Source: a bacterium
GTDB lineage: Bacteria > Hinthialibacterota > Hinthialibacteria > Hinthialibacterales > Hinthialibacteraceae
Length of the DNA stretch: 64,000 bases
Direction: 5' to 3'
Assembly (NCBI GenBank): GCA_041946805.1
Contig: JBHGBC010000004.1
Location: 40,948 to 104,947, forward strand
The notes below the pieces were generated by a model. The model was not told the origin of the DNA and searched no databases. It was given only the letters and a program-made list of their open reading frames with translations. A program made the position numbers and the translations under genes. Position 1 is the first letter of the stretch. Each line of letters starts with the position of its first letter. Shown here piece by piece: positions 9,186 to 18,808 of the stretch.

Positions 9186-11360
9186 ATGGATTTGTTGAGG
9201 ATGGCTCCCCAAGTTTTCTTCACCCAGACCGCGGGCCAGGAGGCCGCCGTGACCTCGACGGCGGTCGAGGCCAAGTTCATGTGGATCGTACCGGTCGCGA
9301 TCGCCGCCGCCGTGGCGTTCGCGATTTACCTGGCGTGGGACGTCATGCGCCGTGACAAGGGAACGGCGGCCATGCAGAACGTGGCCGGCATGATCTACGA
9401 GGGCGCGGTGGCGTTTCTCAAGCGGCAGTACGGAACGATCGGGCTGTTGACCGTGGTGGCGGGCATCGGCATGGGATTGCTGCTGGGCGTCCTGGAAAGC
9501 GCCACGCTGGGCTGGCACACCATGCTGGCGTTCTGGGTCGGGGCCCTGTGCTCGGCCCTGGCGGGAATCATCGGCATGTACGTAGCCGTCCAGGCCAACG
9601 TGCGGACCGCGTCGGCCGCGCAGCGCAGCATCAAGGAAGCGATCAACGTCGCCCTGCGGGGCGGGGCGGTCTCCGGCTTCCTGGTGGTGGCTTTGAGCCT
9701 GCTCGGTGTGTATGGCATCTTTTGGGCGTTCGGCGGCATGACCAAGGAAGGGATCAGCGAAGCCCCCTTCATGATCGTGGGATTCGGTTTCGGGGCCAGT
9801 TTCGTGGCGCTCTTCGCCCAGCTGGGCGGTGGAATCTACACGAAGGCCGCGGACGTGGGGGCGGATCTGGTGGGCAAGGTGGAAGCGGGGATTCCCGAAG
9901 ACGATCCGCGCAATCCGGCGGTCATCGCCGACCTGGTGGGTGACAACGTGGGCGACTGCGCGGGCCGTGGCGCGGATCTGTTCGAATCGACCGCGGCCGA
10001 GAACATCGGAGCGATGATCCTCGGCGTGGCGATTTATCAGAAGACCAACGATCCCTCATGGATCTTCTTTCCCCTGGTGGTGCGCGCCCTCGGGCTGTTC
10101 GCCTCGATGGGCGGCATCATCACCGTCGGCTTGAGTCCGGTGCATGATCCCATGGCGACCCTGAACCGCGGGTATTGGGTCATGACCGCGCTGGCCGGCC
10201 TGGGTATTGTCGTAATCACGAAAGCCATGCTGGGCAGTTGGTGGCTGGTCGCCGCCGGACTGATCGGCCTGGCCACGAGCGTGGCGTTTGTGTACATCAC
10301 GCAATATTACACCGCGGGGACCTGGCGTCCGGTGCAGGAAATCGCGCGCGCGTCCAAAACGGGTCCGGCGACAAACATCATCTCCGGATTCGCGGTCGGA
10401 TTGGAAACCACGGCGATCACGGCCATTTGCATTTCGATCGCCCTGGGCTCGGCCTATTTCTGCGGAACGCAATACGATCCGGTATCGGGCGGATTATTCG
10501 GCACCGCCGTGGCGACCATGGGGATGCTGACGGTGGTCGCGTACATCCTGGCCATGGACACCTTCGGGCCGATCACGGACAATGCCGGCGGCATCGTGGA
10601 AATGTCCAAGGCTCCCGAAGAGACACGGAAAATCACCGACGCGCTGGATGCGGTGGGCAACACCACCAAGGCCTTGACCAAGGGGTATGCCGTGGGTTCG
10701 GCGGCCCTGGCGGCGTTTCTGCTGTTCAGCGCCTACCTGGACAAGGTGAAGGAAGTCAAGAAGATCCCCCTCACCGAATTGCTCCCGGTGGACCTGTCGA
10801 AGGTCGATGTCTTCATCGGCGGCTTTTTGGGCGCCATGCTGGTGTTCCTCTTCTCGTCGCTGGCCATCCGCGCGGTCGGCCGGGCGGCGGGCTCGATCAT
10901 CGAAGAGGTCCGCTCCCAGTTCCGCAGTGATCCGGGCATCATGGCCGGGACCTCCAAGCCCAATTTCGCCAGCTGCGTGGACATCACGGCCCGCTCGGCG
11001 CTGCGGGAGATGATCGCTCCCGGCCTGCTGGTGGTCTTGGGACCGGTGCTGGTCGGCATCCTGTTGGGGTACGAGGCCGAAGCCGCCCTCCTGATGGTGG
11101 GCACGATCGCCGGCATCCTGATGGCGACGGTGTTGAACAACGGCGGCGGCGCGTGGGACAACGCCAAGAAATTCATCGAAGCCGGCTTTATGAAAGATGA
11201 GAACGGCAACGTTCTGGGCAAAGGTTCCGACGTGCACAAGGCGGCCGTCGTGGGCGACACGGTGGGCGATCCCTTCAAGGACACGGCGGGCCCGTCGCTG
11301 CACGTGTTGATCAAGCTGCTCTCGACGATCACGCTGGTGCTCGCCCCGCTGTTTATTTAA
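9186..11360 (+). CDS. hppA: Membrane-bound pyrophosphatase, K+-independent H+-translocating type
   Basis: DVGADLVGKVE, DNVGD and GDTVGDPFKD motifs; GNTTK (Lys) signature of K+-independent enzymes; AAGGAGG RBS. Confidence 0.95.
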   Translation: MDLLRMAPQVFFTQTAGQEAAVTSTAVEAKFMWIVPVAIAAAVAFAIYLAWDVMRRDKGTAAMQNVAGMIYEGAVAFLKRQYGTIGLLTVVAGIGMGLLLGVLESATLGWHTMLAFWVGALCSALAGIIGMYVAVQANVRTASAAQRSIKEAINVALRGGAVSGFLVVALSLLGVYGIFWAFGGMTKEGISEAPFMIVGFGFGASFVALFAQLGGGIYTKAADVGADLVGKVEAGIPEDDPRNPAVIADLVGDNVGDCAGRGADLFESTAAENIGAMILGVAIYQKTNDPSWIFFPLVVRALGLFASMGGIITVGLSPVHDPMATLNRGYWVMTALAGLGIVVITKAMLGSWWLVAAGLIGLATSVAFVYITQYYTAGTWRPVQEIARASKTGPATNIISGFAVGLETTAITAICISIALGSAYFCGTQYDPVSGGLFGTAVATMGMLTVVAYILAMDTFGPITDNAGGIVEMSKAPEETRKITDALDAVGNTTKALTKGYAVGSAALAAFLLFSAYLDKVKEVKKIPLTELLPVDLSKVDVFIGGFLGAMLVFLFSSLAIRAVGRAAGSIIEEVRSQFRSDPGIMAGTSKPNFASCVDITARSALREMIAPGLLVVLGPVLVGILLGYEAEAALLMVGTIAGILMATVLNNGGGAWDNAKKFIEAGFMKDENGNVLGKGSDVHKAAVVGDTVGDPFKDTAGPSLHVLIKLLSTITLVLAPLFI

Positions 11361-11387
11361 TCCATTCACTTCCGTTCGCGGTACCGG

Positions 11388-11419
11388 CCGGCGCTGGCGA
11401 GGAGCCAGCGCCGGTTTTT
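11388..11419 (+). terminator. Intrinsic terminator after hppA
   Basis: CCGGCGCTGGC-GAGGA-GCCAGCGCCGG-TTTTT. Confidence 0.85.
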
Positions 11420-11631
11420 ATTGTGATTGTGCCAGGATTATGTAAAGACGAGACGGCCGCGCCGCAAATTTATATTTCTCCATTATCATGGAGATAACCT
11501 CCAGGAAAGAGATCTACCTGGGAAGATTAGGCAACTGTCATGTCTTTCTCAATCTGGAACCAACCGGATTTGATTGTATGATTGGAAACATTGTTACGGT
11601 TAACCGTTCATCTCTGAAAGGAAAGCGAACG

Positions 11632-12213
11632 ATGCTCCAAGATTACAGGGGATTTACATTGATCGAGTTGTTGATCGTGGTCGCGATTATCGGCATTTTG
11701 GCGGCCATCGCCGTTCCGAATTTTCTGAACGCCCAAACGCGGGCCAAGATCAGCCGCGTGCATTCGGATCTGAAAGCCCTCGGCACTGCGATCGAAATGT
11801 ACGGACTCGATCACAACACGTACCCGGGGGGAGAAAAGCTGTGGGCGTCCGGGACCAAATGGTGGCAAAAGCACACCTACCGGTATCACGTGCTGACCAC
11901 GCCGGTCGCGTATATGACCTCGATCCCCATCGATCCGTTCCAAACCCATGAACCCCAGCGCATCCGGGCGGACTTGGGCACGATTTGGGATGGCGGATAC
12001 GTCTATGATGAAGACAAGCGGCCGGACGGCGGCCATATCACGATGATGCTATACGGCCCGGGATTCAAATACGCCGCGCGCAGCCCGGGACCGGCCTTGA
12101 ACTGGGCCACGGAAATCTCTCATGGCAACCGGATTGTCATGTATGCCTCGTCCAACGGCCTGATCAGCAATGGCATTCTGGCCGTCCTGGGACCGGGTGG
12201 GACGGTGTTTTGA
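11632..12213 (+). CDS. Prepilin-type N-terminal cleavage/methylation protein (GspG/pilin-like)
   Basis: RG|FTLIELLIVVAIIGILAAIAVPNF, plus DPF and SPGP motifs; AAGGA RBS before ATG 11632. Confidence 0.9.
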   Translation: MLQDYRGFTLIELLIVVAIIGILAAIAVPNFLNAQTRAKISRVHSDLKALGTAIEMYGLDHNTYPGGEKLWASGTKWWQKHTYRYHVLTTPVAYMTSIPIDPFQTHEPQRIRADLGTIWDGGYVYDEDKRPDGGHITMMLYGPGFKYAARSPGPALNWATEISHGNRIVMYASSNGLISNGILAVLGPGGTVF

Positions 12214-12216
12214 TTT

Positions 12217-12498
12217 CACCGCCGAGATGCGGAGGGCGCGGAGATTTCTCGGTTAGAATGGCCAGGAATGGAATGATGGTACTAATAAAATCGGTTGGAT
12301 GAACGGATGACACGGATGAAGAACCTATTGAGCTGACGGATTATGTCTGGATTTGATGAATAAAGTACCCATATGGAAAGTAGGGGCACGGTGCAACGTG
12401 CCCCTACAAATTTGCGCGAAAAGTTCGGCTTCAAATCGGTGGAGTTTCATGAAGGTATAGTATTGCTCTCACCCTGGTCCTCTCCCAAAGGGAGAGGG
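12217..12498. repeat. Repeat mosaic between convergent genes
   Basis: CACCGCCGAGATGCGGAGGGCGCGGAG; GTAGGGGCACGGTGCAACGTGCCCCTAC (12380-12407); palindrome A (12468-12498). Confidence 0.7.
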
Positions 12499-12583
12499 AA
12501 TGCAGAAGAGAGGGTTATCGTTTGGGGGCTACTCTGCACGTTGAGCCCACCCTGTTTTTGCTTCACAATGGGCGATCCGTACT

Positions 12584-14485
12584 TCAAAATCCCGCTTTTT
12601 TGTCCACCACATTGAGCAACGCCTCGCCCGCGGCGAAGCGCCGGACATTCTCCCGCAGCAGATGCCAGGCCAAGCGGTCGGTTTCATACGCGCGGGCTGA
12701 CATGTGCGGCGTGATGATCACGTTCTTGAGCGACCATAACGGATGCCCTTCCGGCAGCGGCTCGGGATCGGTCACGTCCATCGCCGCCCCCGCCAGCCGG
12801 TTGGCGCGGAGAGCGTCCACCAGCGCGCCGGTGTCGATCACCTCGCCCCGGCTGATGTTGACGAGATAGGCGGAAGGCTTCATCATGGCCAGCCGCTCCG
12901 TGTTGAAATAGCGTTGCGTGGCCGGCGTCAGGGGCACGCAGCACACCACGAAATCCGCCTGGGGCAGCAGGGCTTCCATTTCGCCGGGCGGAACGATGCG
13001 TTGGACACCGGCGGGGCGTTCGCCGGGCTTGGGATCGATGGCGATGATCCGCATCCCAAAGCCCGCGGCGCGGCGGGCCACCTCCCGGCCGATGCCCCCG
13101 AAGCCCCAGATCAGCAGCGTCTTCTCTTCCAGGGTAAACGGCGGACGGTTGCGGACATGAATCCATTTCCCTTGGAGTTGCTGCTCGTATTGATCCGCCA
13201 GCCCCTTGCTGAACATCAACATGAAACCGAGCACCTGGTCGGCGATGGCGGCGGCCGACATCCCCCGGCTGTTGGTCATCACCACCGGGCTGTCGACAAG
13301 TTCCGGAAAAAGATACTCCTCCACCCCCACCGTGCGGATATGCACCCAGCGCAACCGGGGCGCGGCCCGGAACATGGCCGGCGTGACCGGCCCGATCACC
13401 GCGTCCACGCCTTCCATGTGTTTCAAGGCTTCCTCTTCCGATCGCGCCTCGACGATCTCCACTCCCGGCGCGACGAGCCGCAATCCCGGCAATTGGCCTT
13501 CGAACAGCCCTTGCGCCAGAATCTTGCGCGGGGGCGTCCAGCCCGGCGAGTCCCGGGTGGGGGACGGCCCCGCCCGCAGTTCCAGGCCCGCCAGGGTGAA
13601 TGGCATGATCAAGCCGGTCAATTCCTTGTAAATGTGGTGGACCGCTTCTCTATACAACGGTAGATCGGATTCAGGCAGCGGTTTCCCGGATTGAATCCGC
13701 TCCTCGATTTGGAGAAGGGATAATTTATTCTTCAATCCCTCCTGGACCTGGGCGCGCAGGCCGGTCCAAAAATCCTTCTGCGCGCGCAACAACTCGTTCC
13801 CGCCGGATTCACCCCGGCCGGGACATACGATCCGCGCCCCCAATTGCTCCAGCACGGTGAGCACGTCGAGCCATTTCGCGGTATAGGTCATATCCGACAC
13901 ACTGGGGATTCCATTCACGCACAAGCCGCCCGTGAAGAGAATCTGCTCGCGGGGCAGCCAGGCCACGGCGCCGCCGCGCGTGAGGCCCGGACCGAAATGC
14001 AGCAGTTCCACCCGGCGGGCCCCCTCCTCGATCACCAGGCGGTCATCGAACAGCCAGACCGGACCTTTCCGGTTTTGCTCGGCCGTGTTCAGACCGGACT
14101 CCTTGGAACGTATTGAGGAAGGCGCTTCATCCAAATCCTGGCGTTGACATATCCGCGTGGCGCCCTCCGCCGCGAAAGGCGAATCGTCCCATGATTCATC
14201 CCAGCCGGATTGGGTATGGAACACATATCGAACCGGTTTGGGTGAGATGGAACGGATTTCATCCAAGACAGTCCGCGCCGCGATGGAGGCGCCGGATTCG
14301 ATCACGAGGATGAACGATTCAAATTCCACCCAGCCCAGGTTGCCGCCCTCCCGCGCGACGTGAAAATGCACGCCGGGCGCGATTTCCGTCGCGGAAAAGG
14401 ACGACAGGGGATCCGCCGACCAGAGGATCAACAACACCGGAACAACACGGAAGAGGAGTATCGCGGAAATAATGTATCGGGTCAT
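12584..14485 (-). CDS. Fusion of a degenerate MBL-fold domain and a D-2-hydroxyacid dehydrogenase
   Basis: C-terminal GFGGIG, NISRG, DPEPL and TPHMS motifs; N-terminal cyclase-like MBL fold (NLGWVEFESFILVIE, VAWLPREQILFTG, VCPGRG). Confidence 0.85.
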   Translation of the reverse strand: MTRYIISAILLFRVVPVLLILWSADPLSSFSATEIAPGVHFHVAREGGNLGWVEFESFILVIESGASIAARTVLDEIRSISPKPVRYVFHTQSGWDESWDDSPFAAEGATRICQRQDLDEAPSSIRSKESGLNTAEQNRKGPVWLFDDRLVIEEGARRVELLHFGPGLTRGGAVAWLPREQILFTGGLCVNGIPSVSDMTYTAKWLDVLTVLEQLGARIVCPGRGESGGNELLRAQKDFWTGLRAQVQEGLKNKLSLLQIEERIQSGKPLPESDLPLYREAVHHIYKELTGLIMPFTLAGLELRAGPSPTRDSPGWTPPRKILAQGLFEGQLPGLRLVAPGVEIVEARSEEEALKHMEGVDAVIGPVTPAMFRAAPRLRWVHIRTVGVEEYLFPELVDSPVVMTNSRGMSAAAIADQVLGFMLMFSKGLADQYEQQLQGKWIHVRNRPPFTLEEKTLLIWGFGGIGREVARRAAGFGMRIIAIDPKPGERPAGVQRIVPPGEMEALLPQADFVVCCVPLTPATQRYFNTERLAMMKPSAYLVNISRGEVIDTGALVDALRANRLAGAAMDVTDPEPLPEGHPLWSLKNVIITPHMSARAYETDRLAWHLLRENVRRFAAGEALLNVVDKKAGF

Positions 14486-14555
14486 GGGAAACCTTTCGTG
14501 AAGTGGATAAAAGAGTCATTGCTTGGAGATTACCATGGATTATCCGGCCTGAAAT

Positions 14556-14843
14556 GCCCAGGGCTGAAGCCCGGGGCTAGTTTAAAGGGTTTCCTGAAGG
14601 GGTTTCCAATCATTGTTGAGCTAAGGTTAATTCGATATTTGGGAGATGTTTGTGAAACGAAAGGCTTTCCCTCACCCTGGCCCTCTCCCCAAGGGAGAGG
14701 GGAAACAGAATTGATGGAGATGGGCATTATCACACGGCTTTTCTCCATAAAATCCGTGTTCTTTTCGTGCCCTACGTAACTCAATCCGCGCCCGTCACCT
14801 TCATCCCGGTCATCCTGGTCATCCTGGCCATCCTGATTCAGAC
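14556..14843. repeat. Repeat mosaic between divergent genes
   Basis: CCCAGGGCTGAAGCCCGGGG..CCTGAAGGGG; palindrome A at 14669-14702; four 9-bp ATCCTG units ending ATTCAGAC at 14803-14843. Confidence 0.75.
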
Positions 14844-14940
14844 GTATTGAACCACGAAGCACACAGGTTTAATTCCTCTTCCCTTATCCCTTATACTCAA
14901 AGCCAGAATGAATCCATACAACGAAACCACGAGGGATCTC

Positions 14941-17250
14941 ATGACGAATTGTCAACGTATTTACTCTCTCGGAACCTTCCTTGTTCTACTTGCCCTGCTT
15001 GCACCCACAGGCCCGGCGGAGGAATCCCTCCCCATGGGCAGCGCGCCCGCGCCCATGGCCTTCGAGCATTTCCCCAGCCGCCTGCATGCCTTCGTCTGGC
15101 GTAACTGGCCGCTGGTCGAAGCGGAGCGCCTGGCCCAGGTTCTCGAAACCACGCCGGAGCAGGTCCGCGCCTTGGCCGAATCCATGGGACTGCCGGAGCA
15201 GCATCCCATCACGGGGAAGGACAGGGACCGCATCTACATCACCCTGATCCGCCGCAACTGGCACCTTCTGCCTTACGAACAACTGTTGGCATTGCTGGAT
15301 ATGTCGAGCGAGAAGTTGGCCTATATTCTGCGCGAGGATGACTTTCTGTACGTGAAACTCGGGAACTTGAAGCCGAAATGCGACCGGTTGGTGTTCGCGC
15401 CGCCCAGCGAAGCAGAACAGAAACGGTGTGCGGAAATCAAGCGGACCGTCCAGGACCTGTTCGGCCGGGAATTGCAAAATCCCGAGGTCAAACGCTTTCA
15501 ATTCGTCGAGGAACTCAGCCGCCCCGACCCGGATTTCAAACTGGATACCACGGCCGCGAAACGCTTCTCGCCCCGTTATATCTATTCGTATTTCGCCCTC
15601 TATGGCGATCCGCTGATGACGCCCGAGCTCGATCCCTACCCGGACGGCCTGCTGCAAAAATTGGCCGCGCGGGGCGTCGATGGCGTGTGGATGCACACCG
15701 TGTTGCGCCAGCTGGCTCCCGGCGGCCCGTTTCCCGAATTCGGCCGGGATCACGAAATCCGGATCCAGAACCTGCGGGAGTTAGCGAAAAAGGCCCGGAA
15801 AAACGGCCTGGGGATTTATCTCTACATGAACGAGCCGCGGGCCATGCCGGCGGATTTCTTCAAGAACCGGGAAGCGATCCGGGGCGTGCGGGAGGGGGAC
15901 TATTGCACGATGTGCACCAGCGCCCCCACGGTGCGGCAATGGATCAGTGATTCGTTGGCCTTTGTGTTCGAGCAAGTTCCGGAGCTGGCGGGAGTGTTCA
16001 CGATCAGCGGTTCGGAAAATCTGACGCATTGCGCCTCGCACGGCCGTTCGGATCAATGCCCGCGCTGTAAAAACCGCACCCCGGCGGAAATCACCGCCGA
16101 AGCCAACGTCCTCGTCGAGGAAGGCGTCCACCGCGGCAACCCCGACGCCCAGGTGATCGTCTGGGATTGGGGCTGGAACGACAATTGGGTGGAGGAGGCG
16201 ATCCAAAAACTCCCCAAATCCGTGCTGTTCATGTCGGTCAGCGAATGGGCGAAGCCCATCGAGCGGGGCGGGATCCAGACCACGGTGGGCGAGTATTCCC
16301 TCTCCGCCGTCGGTCCGGGTCCAAGAGCAGTCAAGCATTGGGCCGCCGCCCGCCGGGCCGGCCTCAAAACCATGGCCAAGCTGCAGATCAACTGCACTTG
16401 GGAACTCTCTTCCCTGCCCTACCTGCCGGTCATGGACCTAGTGGCCGAGCATTGCCAAAACCTTCTGACACAGCAGGTGGACGGCTGCCAACTCAGCTGG
16501 TCGCTCGGCGGGTATCCCTCGCCCAACCAGGAACTGGTTCATCTCTTTGACCAAACCCCGCCGCCGGATAAAAACGCAGCGCTTGACACGCTGGCCCTGT
16601 CCGGCTACGGTCCCGAGGGCGCGCCGCCGGCCCGGCAAGCGTGGACGAAATTCAGCCGCGCGTTTCAGGAATATCCCTACAACGGCGCGGTGGTTTACAA
16701 CGCCCCGGTGCAGCTGGGACCGGCGAATTTGCTCTATCCCGCTCCCACCGGTTACGCCGCCACCATGGTGGGGATTCCCTACGACGACGTGAAAGGCTGG
16801 CGCGGGCCGTATCCCGCGGACATCTTCGCGGATCAATTCGCCAAGGTGGCCCGGGGCTGGGCGGAGGGACTCGGCGATCTGGAACAGGCCATGAATAAGG
16901 CGCCCAAGGATAAGCAAGCCGAAGCCCAGGCGCAGTTGCGCTACGCCTCCGCCGCGCGGATGTATTTTTCCTCGGTGGCCAACCAGATCCGATTCACCAC
17001 GCTCCGCGACACCTGGCTGGACAAGAATCAATCGCTGCCGGAGGGAAAACGCCAGGAAATGCGGGAAGCGATGCGAAAAATCCTGCGGGATGAAATCCAA
17101 CTCGCAAAAGATCTGTTTATCTTAACCCGCCAGGATTCCTGCATCGGCTTCGAGGCCTCCAACCACTATTTCTATGTCCCAGTGGATTTGATGGAAAAGG
17201 CCATCAATTGCCATCACATCCTGGATCATGTGGATGAGTTGTATAAATGA
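14941..17250 (+). CDS. Large secreted hypothetical protein, probable glycoside-hydrolase-like TIM barrel
   Basis: Signal peptide; GVDGVW, GIYLYMNEP and VIVWDWGW strands; start at 14908 or 14941. Confidence 0.7.
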   Translation: MTNCQRIYSLGTFLVLLALLAPTGPAEESLPMGSAPAPMAFEHFPSRLHAFVWRNWPLVEAERLAQVLETTPEQVRALAESMGLPEQHPITGKDRDRIYITLIRRNWHLLPYEQLLALLDMSSEKLAYILREDDFLYVKLGNLKPKCDRLVFAPPSEAEQKRCAEIKRTVQDLFGRELQNPEVKRFQFVEELSRPDPDFKLDTTAAKRFSPRYIYSYFALYGDPLMTPELDPYPDGLLQKLAARGVDGVWMHTVLRQLAPGGPFPEFGRDHEIRIQNLRELAKKARKNGLGIYLYMNEPRAMPADFFKNREAIRGVREGDYCTMCTSAPTVRQWISDSLAFVFEQVPELAGVFTISGSENLTHCASHGRSDQCPRCKNRTPAEITAEANVLVEEGVHRGNPDAQVIVWDWGWNDNWVEEAIQKLPKSVLFMSVSEWAKPIERGGIQTTVGEYSLSAVGPGPRAVKHWAAARRAGLKTMAKLQINCTWELSSLPYLPVMDLVAEHCQNLLTQQVDGCQLSWSLGGYPSPNQELVHLFDQTPPPDKNAALDTLALSGYGPEGAPPARQAWTKFSRAFQEYPYNGAVVYNAPVQLGPANLLYPAPTGYAATMVGIPYDDVKGWRGPYPADIFADQFAKVARGWAEGLGDLEQAMNKAPKDKQAEAQAQLRYASAARMYFSSVANQIRFTTLRDTWLDKNQSLPEGKRQEMREAMRKILRDEIQLAKDLFILTRQDSCIGFEASNHYFYVPVDLMEKAINCHHILDHVDELYK

Positions 17251-17305
17251 TTCCTCTGAACTAAAAAATAAAATATTCATGACATAGATGGGGAGGATTC
17301 AAACC

Positions 17306-18460
17306 ATGCGGAATCCAAACTGCATTTCGTTTTTCCTGGCGCTTATCTTCGTGACCGGCTGTCTGTCTGGAAAATCCCTTGCGTCCGAAAATGCTGTTTA
17401 CAGCCCCGCGGACCTGGCCGGGACCTGGCAGGTGAATTCCCTCGCGTCCGGACCCGGCGCGCCCTGGTGGGAATACGGCCCGCTAGTGATGGCCGCCGAT
17501 GGATCCTATCAGGGCGCCCTGGTGGAATATCCCAACCAAGCCGACCCCGTGGAGGGGCAATTCCAGATCGCTCCGGACGGGATCGTGACTTGGGCCGGCA
17601 AGCCACTGGATCCACGGGAAAATGGATTCGGGCGCGGCCACATGACACTGGATAAAAACCTGATCGTCATGATCGCCACCTGGTCATCCGCTTCTCCGGG
17701 CACCACGCAGATGATCTTGTTCACCCGGCAGGGAGCCGATTACCAGTCGCCGGACTTGACCGGAACCTGGCAGGTGAATTCCCTCGCGTCCGGACCCGGC
17801 GCTCCCTGGTGGGAATACGGACCGCTGACGATGGCGGCCGACGGCTCCTTCCAAGCCACGCTCGAGGAATACCGCAGCGAGCCCGATCAAATCGAAGGCC
17901 GCATCCAGATCGGCGCCAGCGGCATCGTGACGGCGGCCGGCGCGCCGTTGGATCCTCAACTGAGCGGCCTGGGGCGCGGACACATGAGCGCGGACAAAAA
18001 CCTGATCGTCATGTTGGCCACGTGGACCAGCGATCTCCCCGGCACCACGGAGATGAGGGTATTGACCCGGCAGGGCAATACGTATCAATCAACGGACCTG
18101 GCCGGATCCTGGCAGGTGCACGCGCTCGCGTCCGGGCTTGGCGCGCCCTGGTGGGAATACGGCCCGCTGACGATGTCGGAGGATGGGACTTTCCAAGGCT
18201 CGCTCATCACGAACCGTGGAGAATCGGACGAAGTGGAAGGGCGGTTTCAGATCGACGCGAACGGAATTGTGACGGGATCGGGAATCCCGTTGGATCCCCA
18301 GTTGAACGATATGGGCCGTGGACACATGGCTCGTAACAAGAACGTGATTGTCATGCTGGCCACGTGGGCCACCGGATCACCCGGCACGGCCGAACTCCGT
18401 ATTCTGACCCGCTCCGCCGCTTCCACGTCCCTCATCAGCGACTGGATGCTGAATGAATAA
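17306..18460 (+). CDS. Secreted protein or lipoprotein with three tandem 114-aa beta-rich repeats
   Basis: Three copies of DLxGxWQVxxLASGxGAPWWEYGPL; GGAGG RBS; signal with possible lipobox VTGC. Confidence 0.85.
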   Translation: MRNPNCISFFLALIFVTGCLSGKSLASENAVYSPADLAGTWQVNSLASGPGAPWWEYGPLVMAADGSYQGALVEYPNQADPVEGQFQIAPDGIVTWAGKPLDPRENGFGRGHMTLDKNLIVMIATWSSASPGTTQMILFTRQGADYQSPDLTGTWQVNSLASGPGAPWWEYGPLTMAADGSFQATLEEYRSEPDQIEGRIQIGASGIVTAAGAPLDPQLSGLGRGHMSADKNLIVMLATWTSDLPGTTEMRVLTRQGNTYQSTDLAGSWQVHALASGLGAPWWEYGPLTMSEDGTFQGSLITNRGESDEVEGRFQIDANGIVTGSGIPLDPQLNDMGRGHMARNKNVIVMLATWATGSPGTAELRILTRSAASTSLISDWMLNE

Positions 18461-18808
18461 CACAGCACCTCGGGGATGCTTTGGGGATGGATTGGCGCGC
18501 AGGACGAAATCCTTCCATGATTCACCCTCCTGGATACAATTCCCACACCGCCGCGTGGGAGGGAAAAGCAGCCGTTTCGAGATCATGATCCATGGGCAAC
18601 AAAAGGATGCATCGGCCATTCTTCGATGTGATCCCTTTCAATATGGGGATAATGGAGCCGTGTTCTAGGCCTTCTTGATTCCATAGGGCTTTTTCACTCA
18701 GAACTCCTACATAGTTTTTTCCATAAGTGCCTTGTTATAAATGCCATGTAATGACTCCTCCTATATAATTTCCAGCAGAAGAAAGAAACGCAAAATTCAA
18801 AAAAGTAT

